Assembly: GCF_009914755.1 (NCBI RefSeq)
Contig: NC_060925.1
Reading direction: 5' to 3' (one strand)
DNA: 64,000 bases
Source of the DNA: the human T2T-CHM13v2.0 reference genome, Homo sapiens
The position numbers and the translations under genes are program-made. The notes beneath the pieces are model-generated. The model worked only from the letters and a program-made list of their open reading frames with translations. It made no database searches and was not told where the DNA came from. Below are positions 52,461 to 64,000 of this stretch, in pieces. The first letter of the stretch is position 1. Every line of letters begins with the position of its first letter.

Positions 52461-54244
52461 TTGTTTAGTAGCTGCTAATGTGAGTGTCTGTCTCCCAATC
52501 TAGACTTGCCTTTGTTATTTCTTAACCCATCATTAAGCCCAGTGTCTTGCATGTAGAAAATAGGTATGGAATAAATGCTTCTAGAGAAAGAAAAGAACTA
52601 TTTTCTTTTCAATCATCTGTCATATGAAACACATGCATAAAATATATTTTTAGTTCTGAAGGCAAAGATTTTGCCATATTGTTTCTAGTAGGAAATTAAA
52701 CTGAAGAAGTGGAGTACACCCAATCTATTAGTTTTTATTATCATATTTATACCAAACTTATTTCCAAAACTACCTTGAAACTAAAAGACCATATGATTCT
52801 GGAAAATATAGTAAGGTATTAATACAGAAATAGAGTTTCAGAAGACATAAAGGAAAAGGGAAAACAAATATATTAACCACTTAAGCTAATAGATAATTAC
52901 CACAATTAAGGATGTCTCTGAATTTCCTGCAAAGCCAAAGTAAGAAAAAAGTATCTTATTATTGTTATATTATATTAAAAAGTAATCACTTATATTTTAA
53001 AAAGTGATATTTTTTCTTTACTAATTCTAAAAAAAATCATAGTTTTTAAATTTATTTCTAAATCTTTACAAGTAATGGACTTGTGCTAGAAACTACTCTG
53101 CAGTATGAATATAAAGATGAATCTTTTTAAATCATACTTTCCAGGGCTACAGTTATTATGTCTTGTACAAGAATGCTCATGATTATGTGTCTACCGGTGC
53201 TTTAAAATAATCGCCAAGCTTAAGGGTTCATGCATGAACCTGGTAGAGCTATTTACTCAGCTATTAAATTTCTGTTCTATGAAGCTTGTCAATCAAGCCA
53301 CAATTCAAAATAATTTAAGAGCAGCAAGTTTGTTGAGCCAAGCAATTCTGAAAACACCCACCTTCAATTATAGCAGTGGGTGTAGTTTGGACATGGGTTT
53401 CCATGAAGGCTGGTCTGAACCACAGGTCAAGCAGGATGACCTGTGACCATTTATATAAAGGCACCATGATCATTTTTCATTATTTCACACCACCTGGCAG
53501 AGACTGAGTCCAAAATAGCCCACCTGTTAGACATTATATTTTGATCAAAAATCAGATCACATAAAGTAGTGCTTGATTTAAAAATTTACCCAGGAGCCTG
53601 CAAAAATGGAATATAGTTAAAGCTGTTTTCTGTGTTTGCAAAACACAGGCCTTTCCTTTTCTGTAGCTTGGCAGAATAAAAACTTAATGGAAGGTTCTCA
53701 TGGGAAACTTTCAGATTTGCTAAGCAATTGATGTAGCTAAAAGCATGCTGAGTCAATTGAGAGGAGCCCAAACTCTGTCTAAATTAGAGTTTCTGGTATA
53801 CTTAGGAACAATTGCAAGGTTATTTTGGGGAAGCTGGTCTGTGAGTTTTCCTGACATTCCTTTTTTTTTTTTTTTTTTTTCCTGGTCAGCACATCACTTC
53901 AGCCCCAGGGTTGGATTAATTAAGGCCTGCATGCACACTCCTCCTCCCATCCTGAGAATGATGGTAAAGGTCACAGCTACTAAAACCACAAAGGCCTCAA
54001 TGACATCCTATTTCAGTGTTAGAATTCCAAGAAGGCTTTTGTTAAAATAAACATCAAGAGATTTTAAATAAACTACACTGATTATTAACTGGCATGCTTT
54101 CTTTTTTTCCCCTCAAATGTGATCCATTGAAATCCAATTTATGTGCATTCATTTACTCAACAAGCATTTATGGAATACCTACTAAGCGGCAGGTACTATA
54201 TTTGGGATGGGGAATGCAATGATAAAAATCTTACAAGGGCATTT

Positions 54245-56170
<1,926 letters not shown>

Positions 56171-56699
56171 CTGGAAATACGTGTCAAGTTATTGACAGCA
56201 TAAAAGGGAATGGTAATTTTGTAAGATCCAATTTGGAGAAAACTCAGGATCATAAAAACTTTTAACTTTGTCATTAAGGTAAATATCAATTAGAAATAAA
56301 AGCAAAATTATTTCATTACTGAGAGATAAAGTTGTCTTCTTTCAAAAAGCTGAGAATCACTACTTTAATCCCAGCAATGAGTCAAAATTTTTTTTAACAT
56401 TTATAACATGCAAGGCTGCATTGTCAGTGACTCTGTAAGATACAACAGTGAGTAACATGTTCCCTTTCTCCAAGAGCAGGCAAGTCTAGAAACAGGTTCT
56501 GGAAGCTGACAGGTCTGGGTATAAGTCTTAGGTCTCTTCCTTCTGAACAGTGCTAATCTTTTAAATATGGTTCTCGACCACCTTAGTGATTTGATAAAAC
56601 ACACATACAAGTCCCAGTTGAAACTTACTAGATCAGAATCTCTGTCTGCAGAACCCTAGAGACCATTTATCAAGTGCTCTAACTTATGGTTGTGCACAG

Positions 56700-56880
56700 T
56701 AAAATAGCTGTACAACCTTGTGTAGTTTACTTCCCTGAGCTGCAGTTTCCTCGTCCACATAATGAGCATGACAATACGGCCTGCCTCTTAAGGTTGTGGG
56801 GAGGATTAAATGAGGCAACTTTTAGTAAGGCTTAGCACAGGGCCTGGAAATTACCAGGTACCCAATAAATAATAACTGTA
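56700..56880 (+). mobile_element. MIR
   Basis: cagtttcctcgtccacataatg…gaggattaaatgag…gcttagcacagggcctgg. Confidence 0.8.
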
Positions 56881-58789
56881 ATCAAGGAACCAAAATATAA
56901 GGCTGATTATGGTTAGTATTGTAACAGTGTAAAAGCAACAACAAAAAATGTAATGAAACATTACATCTGAGGTGAAATAATTCAGTTCTGAAATAAAAGG
57001 GGGTTGAAGAGATGTCATAGAAAGTTCCAATCTTTGTTCATGTTCCTCTTGCCCATGACAACATCCCTCTCTACTTTCCGTACCATGGATAACTCCTAAT
57101 CTGACACCAAGCCCTGATACTTCCTTCTAGCAACACCTTCAGCCAGGCTGAGCAAGGTGCACCCTTCCTGAGCTTCTGAAGCACCTGCCATCGCATCACT
57201 CTGTGCTATAGGGTCAGGATGGCACTTCTCTGCCAACTGGATATGTTCTGTGCATGTCTCTCCATCTAGACTGTATGCTTCTCTTGAGAAGGACCTATCT
57301 CATTCCTTCATCTTTACATCCCCAGAGCCCATCATACTCTTTGATACAAGCCTGGGCACTCCTTAAATATCTGTCGATTTGAACTGGGTTCAAACTTCAT
57401 CACAGGCCTGTTGATTACTTAGGGATCTGAAATAAAGAGATGGATAATAGGACATTCCATAGAGGTTATAGCAATGAATGAGAAATGGGAGCGTATGTGG
57501 ACAAGGTAGTGAAGAAAGACGGTATCTTATATGTTACATGTGCTCTCAGGCTACAGGACAAGTAACAGGGTGAACTGTGAGATAAGGGTGGGCAGAAATA
57601 ATGATTAAGAAGTTGTATGCTATAGACAATGATCATCTGTTGATGAGTTGGACTAAATGGTGATGTGACCAGAACCATGTTTTGAGAAAAATCCAGAGGA
57701 TGGAGTCAGAGTAGAAGTAGGGAGATGAGTTGTAGACAAACCACTCAAGCAGAAATAAGAAACTCCTGTTAAAGTTTGTCAACAGCCATCATATCTGGTA
57801 CAAATGAACATGGCCCTAACTCAAAGGCTGTTGCAAGAGCAATAAATGAAGACTGAGAATGTTTCTTGGCATCTCATTCATTCCATTCCATTCCATTAAG
57901 TTTTACAATTGTCACTGTTTATTGTCTTCTAAAATCAGCCCATACAGGGTGGATGAGACCATTGGAGTTCTCTCATTCTGTTAAATAATTGTTTGCCATG
58001 TAATCTTGAGGCTACATCAGAAAAGCCGGATATAATTTAGGTGTTTTTTCTTTCTTTCTTTTTTTAAAAAACAAAGACATTACTCTGTTTTTATTCATCA
58101 GAGAAAGCCCTGCTGCTATTTGTCTGTGTGAACAATTTATTGAGGCTTGGAATTCAGCACTCAGGGAATTGTTTAAATTATCTTGGGGCATCACATCCTC
58201 CCCTGGTGTCTTGCCAAAGGAAAGAATTCAAGAAATATTTGTTAAAAGAATAAGTGAATAATTCATTGCAACATTCATTGCAGTGGTATCTGCCTGGAAT
58301 TTGGCTTCACACTCCTGTTTTCCACAGCTTCAGTTCTACATGTTGGAATAGATCATCTGGACCCTCTGGATTCTGGTCCTGTACTGACCTTCAAGCTGTC
58401 TCTTTCAGCTTTCTGTGCTGAGGCAGAAAAGAGGAAAGCTGGACCACACCCAGCCAGGACTACACGTGCAGGTAGTACACAGGAATTGGGAATGTGCGTT
58501 TGGGCTGGCAGTATTGCTCTGTGTGGTTGGCAGAAGGAGGCACCATTCACATTGAAAACTAGGAATACGCAGGAGCTATTGTTGGGTTACCATTCCAGAA
58601 GTAGTTTCCATCCATGGTGCTTCCTCTGTCCAGGAAACCTCCCCAAAGAGGCCTATGCCCTCCCTTACTTGCAGTACTCCATAGCAGAGCAGGAGTCTAC
58701 TCAGTCCACCCTGGCGTCTGAAAATGCACATGTGCTCACACCTAAAGCACAAGAAGCACAAAAACAATCCAGTTAGAAACACTTGTCAC

Positions 58790-59910
58790 TCATATTCTCA
58801 CCATTCTGATAATAACCATTGATAATTGTAGATAAAAGTCACAAATTTACCAACTTAGTGAGAGATTATAACACACTATCAGTATTTGATAGATCAAACT
58901 AACAAAAATTAAGAAGGATAGAGAAGATGTGAACAAAATTAACAAGCTGATTTTATATACAGTGGATCCAACAATTTAAAAAATTTATTTTCTGTCCACA
59001 AGAAGCATCTAGGAAATACAGCAACCAAAAGCCATAAACCATTTCATAGTAAATATCAATAAATAACAAACATTTGTACCACCTACAATGTTTTCTAATT
59101 ATAATGCAGTTATATTAGAAATGAATACAAAAAGAAAATTAAGACAAACATCACATACATTAAAAATTTTTTAATTTCACCAATAGACATCAAACACATT
59201 TTTGGAAATTTCCACAGATATCAATAATAAATATTTTAGAGAGTAGAAATAGTCTTTTTATTAAAATAATTAAAATGTAAGCATATGAAAAGAAATCAGG
59301 AAATACTAATTTGTACCTCAGTGAGATTCCATCACACACCTATTAGTATGACTAAAATTAAAAAGAGTGATAATATCAAATGTTGCCAAGTAACATTTGT
59401 GAAGTTGTAAAGTAACTGAAACAGTCATATACTGCCTGTGGTCCTATAAATCAAACTATTTAAAAACTTAACATTACCTATTCAACTTGAACATAAACAC
59501 ATGACCAAATGATTCCATTCCTAATCACATACAAATCTGAAATTCAGAAGTATATCAAAAAATATGTATTAGAATGTTTACAGAAACATTATTCATAATT
59601 GCCCCACAAATAATCATGTGCTCATAAACATCAAAATGGATCAATAAGTTGTGATTTATTCATATATTGGACTATTTTGTGCAATAATGGTATAAGATAC
59701 CAGCAGAGTGGTTACCTTCAGAAAAGAGGAACAGTAGCCATTGGAGAGGGCATGAAAGGGCTTTTTGGGTAGAGGTACTGTTGCATTTCTTGATCAAGGT
59801 TGTATCAACATGGATATGCTTAGTTCATGATAATTAATTGAGTGTATATTTATGTTTGTGCACCTTCTTTATGCCTATTTTATATGCTCTTATAAAATAT
59901 GCCCATATTA
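58790..59910 (+). mobile_element. L1ME-like ORF2/3' fragments
   Basis: cactatcagtatttgatagatcaa…gactaaaattaaaaagagtgataat…gtggttacctt. Confidence 0.65.
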
Positions 59911-60434
59911 AAAATTTGAGAGTAAATTTTGAGAATAAAAATTTGAGAGTATGGCAGATCAGCCTATTGATCCTTTATTTTCATCTAGTTGAGTCTTTTT
60001 ACTGCCAGTCTCTATTCCTCCAGAAAATATCACAAGCCACAAAAATACTCTCTTCAGAAAAATGTTTATAAATTGACTTCTGGCAGTATGTTAGTCTGGT
60101 TATCTAGAATAACCCTTCAGATAAAATAACTCACAATGGTGAATTAGATATTAATCAGTATATTTTAAATGCATTATTGATACTTCTACATCTGTGTAAA
60201 ATTGAATTACTTATAGCAGACAAATACTTTAAGAACAAGAATAAAAATTCAATAAATGCAAAATTTATCTCTTAAAAAGTCATTAGAAAACCACTGAAGA
60301 AATGAGGGCTTGTGGGATAAAAATTGTGGACAGTTTTTATATCTATAGTTTGTTATACATAATGTCTAGCATTCAGTAAAAACTTACTAGACATGTTGTT
60401 AAATAGGTTTGTATAACTGAAAACTAAGAAATAG

Positions 60435-60870
60435 ATGGAGCTGGAGGTCATTATGTTAAATGAAATAATCCAGGAACAGAAGGACAAATTTCTCACTCAT
60501 ATGTGGGAGGCTAAAAACATTTATCTCACAGAGGTAGGGAGTGGAATGACAGATATCAGAGGCTGGGAAGGGTGTGTGGGTGGGAGTAGGGATATAAAGA
60601 AGTTGGTTAATGGGTACAAGCATACAGTTAAATAAAAAGAACAAATTGTAATGTTCTGTAGCAGAGTGACTATAGTTAGCAATAATGTATCGTATATTTC
60701 AAAGCAACAGAGAAAGAGGACTTGAAATGTTCCCAACACATAGTAATAATAAATATTCAATTTGATGAATATCCTAAATACCCTGATTTGTTCATTACAT
60801 ATTCTAGGCATGTAACAAAATATCACATGTACCTCACAAATATGTAAAATATTATGTATCAATTTTTTTA
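60435..60870 (+). mobile_element. L1MA 3' end, 5'-truncated
   Basis: atggagctggaggtcattatgttaaatgaaataa…ttggttaatgggtaca…aatatcacatgtacc. Confidence 0.85.
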
Positions 60871-61224
60871 AACCCAAGAAAGAGAAAAAAGACAATCAGA
60901 CAAAATTTAGATATTGAAGTTAATCAGGCAAGGACATTATCTGTGGTCAACATCTCCAAAAATTGCAGAAAAAAATACATAAAATAAATGATGTGATAGA
61001 AAATTCCACCAAAAATCAGGCTCTATAAATAGATATTTGAACTGCCAAAAAAGTAAGAAATTTGAAGAGGCCAAACATGAAGGAGAGCAAAAACTGTGGG
61101 ACATAATTTGCACTGGATGCAGCTATCATCATGAATAAAAGGCTTCTGTGACATCTTGGTAACTTTAAGTTTCCATTTTATAGTTGTGCAATGCATAGGA
61201 ATCAGGAGATTGAAGCTTAGGGTG

Positions 61225-61389
61225 TGCTGGGGAGTGAATTGTGTCACCCCAAATTCATATGTTGAAGCTCTAACCTTAATGTGACTGTATTTGGAGACCG
61301 AACCTTTAGGAGGTAATTAAGGTTAAATGATGTCATAAGAATTGATCTCTAATCCAATAGGATTGGAGCCTTTATGAGAAAGATCTCAA

Positions 61390-61430
<41 letters not shown>

Positions 61431-61659
61431 TTCTCTCTCTGCCTTCTCTCTTTTTTCTCCTCTCTCTCCTCATGTCATGTGAGGGTATACCAAGAAGACA
61501 GCCAACTACAAGCCAGGAAGAAGGTCCTCACCAGAAACTGACCATGCTGGCACCCTGATTTCAGACTTCAGCCTCCAATAGTGTGAGAAAGTAAATTTCT
61601 GTTGTTCAAGCCACCCAGTCCACGGGATTGTGTTATGGCAGCCTAAGCAAACTAATACA
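61225..61659 (+). mobile_element. MLT1A-type LTR with internal (CT)n at ~61390-61470
   Basis: ccccaaattcatatgttgaagc…gctggcaccctgatttcagactt…gcagcctaagcaaactaataca. Confidence 0.85.
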
Positions 61660-61679
61660 TACTGTAGGCAAATTTAAAA

Positions 61680-63840
61680 GTTTAACAGGAGGTCCACAAC
61701 TTAAACTATATCCTCAAAGAATTACACCCTCAGTGGAAGGATAAATAAATTTCCTAGTAGAGAAGGGGAAGGAGACTTCCTTTGTTGACTTGATTCATAA
61801 ACCAAAAGAAAAAAACTCTTTCCAGAAAATATTTATATAAATCAATCCTCACATGGATTTTTCAGCCCCAGTTTTTGCTACTTTGTAGTACAAAACACAT
61901 AATAAAGATAATTTAGTTTAAAGTGGTCGTGAGTTGCAGTGAACTAAAACAATTAGCAGAATCAAATGTAAACCCTCTCAGAAAACTCAATTCATACCAC
62001 TAAGTACTCCCACAGGTAAAGTTCCAGGAAAATATGCTCAAAGTGAAAGATTACAAAATAAAAAAGAAATAAAATGCAAAGAACAAAAGTCAGCATACAA
62101 AACGAATAGAAGCATCAGAGCTACAAAGACTTTATATATTAAAAGTATCCAATATTTGCATAAAATAATAATGCCTTATTACTTTTCAAAGAATTAAAAA
62201 AGGCTTAAACTTGAGCAAAGTATAAGAAACTTGGGATGTGAGGAATGATTAAACATATTTAGAGAATTACCAAAAAATAACTTAGAGAAATGGAAAATGT
62301 AATTAGTAATACTAAACCTTCAACAAATGGTTAAAAATCAGATTATATGCAACAGAGGAGAAAACCAGTAGAGAAGAGAGAGCCAAAAGTATTACCCAAA
62401 ATGTGACCCAGAGGAACAAAAAACAAAAATAACAACAACAAAACAAAACAGAACAAAAAAACAAAAAATGAAACATATAAAAGATTAAGATACATAAAGG
62501 ATATAATGTGAAGGTCTAACCAATGAATAAGAGTTTCAGACAAACAATAGTAAGAAAAAAGAAACAAGAAATATTAAATTATATAATGGCTAAGCATTTT
62601 TCCGAACTGGAAGAACAAACATTATACTGCCAGTGGGAGTATAAAATCTGGCAGACATTTTGGCATAACCTAATAAAATTAAATGTAGTTATTCCTTTCA
62701 ACTTATCAATTTTACTCCAAAGGAATATTCCTTAGACAAAGTCTTGCACATGTACATTAGGAGACATGTATTAATACAATATTGTTCACAGGAGTGCTAT
62801 TCATAATAGTGTGTGTGGTATAGTTGTACAATGGAATGCCATATAACAATAAAAATAAATGCATCAACATTGATTAACCTTGAAAACACAAAAAAGCAAG
62901 TCAAAAGAATACATACCATTTGATTCTATTTCATAAAATGCAAAACAATAATCTTTATAGGGATCTCTCTCTAAGATGGTCTCACACACAGAGAACACTA
63001 CTATTAACTTATTCGTGTATATCCACCCAATCTTTGTTCATTGTTTTATAAACATATGCACTCACTTACTACATACCACATACTACATACCCACACACCA
63101 CAACATTTTTAAATGCCTGGGATCATACTGTATATATTGTTTATGACCTGCTTGTTTCACCTAGAATAAATCATAAACAGTTTCTCATGTTAAATAAAAA
63201 CTGTAAATGATTTTATTGGCCAGATAACATTCTATCATATAGGATAGACCATACTTAACCAATTCTGTACTATTAAACATTTAATTGATTCAACTATTTT
63301 TTCATAAGTAGTAGCACTGCAATAATGCATATTCTTACACTTGAATCTGTGTTATATCACTGTTCATTTCAATGGGATAAATTGCTCTCAATAGAATAGC
63401 TTGTTGAATGGTATGACACTATGGACTACAACCAGTGATATGAGAGTGACCGTGTCCCTAGGAGTCTTTCTAGATAATAATGTTCTATTTAATTTGTATC
63501 AATTTGATAAGTAAAAAATGGCATCAGCCTGTTTTAATGTACTCTCCTTTTATTTCTAATGAAGCTGAAATTTTTCTTATATGTGTATTTCTTTTTTAAT
63601 AGGTAGCATGTGCATTTGTTCCGTCTATTTGTATATTTATCTTGCCTTTCTCTTTCCTGCGTAGATTGTTTATCAGAAATAATTTGTGAAATGTGTGTGT
63701 ATGTTTGCTGAGGTTATTGTGCAATAGATTATCTTTTCCCAGCTTTGCATTTGACTATGTTTCCATGCCAGGCAAACCATGTAACTGTCACTGGTCTTAT
63801 TCTTGGTGCTGCTATGTGCCACGCCTTTTACAGTGCTTCC
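61680..63840. mobile_element. L1ME-type fragments (plus strand to ~62960, minus strand after)
   Basis: A-rich ORF1-like text, then antisense gggatcatactgtatatattgttt…aattgctctc. Confidence 0.55.
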
Positions 63841-63896
63841 TGAGATATTCCATATGCCTTGGGGCCACTAAACGAAGCTTCTTTCTAATGCTGTAG

Positions 63897-64000
63897 GTTG
63901 GGGATTGGCAAACTACAACAGGTAGGCCAAATCTTGCCTGCCACCTATTTTTGTATGGCCTGCAAGCTAAGAAAATATTTTAAATGGCTGGAAAAAAATC
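63897..64000 (+). mobile_element. MER58 (B-like) hAT-Charlie, runs off the window
   Basis: ggggattggcaaactac…ggccaaatc…gccacctatttttgtatggcctgcaagctaagaa. Confidence 0.8.

Noticed and set aside
57876-57897. (TTCCA)n as HSATII/III satellite
   Set aside because: Only about four units; a simple repeat, likely from an L2-type tail

Overview
Human (primate) AT-rich intergenic/intronic-type DNA made mostly of interspersed repeats (MIR, L2, CR1/L3, old L1M, one L1PA3-like fragment, five Alus, MaLR/ERVL/ERV1 LTRs, DNA MITEs). I see no intact protein-coding gene, tRNA/rRNA, CpG island or CRISPR array. The one gene-derived feature is a decayed, 5'-truncated, internally deleted processed pseudogene of PIGQ on the minus strand (~20.5-22.3 kb). 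It is most likely PIGQP1, which from memory lies on chr1p32 (verify by BLAT). Other notable structures: a complete THE1A LTR-int-LTR element, an inverted pair of related ERV1 LTRs, an MLT2A2 LTR retaining homeodomain sites and a splice donor, a triplicated nested-LTR junction, and a small fold-back rearrangement. I find no convincing new biological system; the findings are structural or regulatory candidates. Repeat subfamily names come from recalled consensus sequences. Boundaries of old repeats are approximate, and many small MIR/L2 fragments are not listed.
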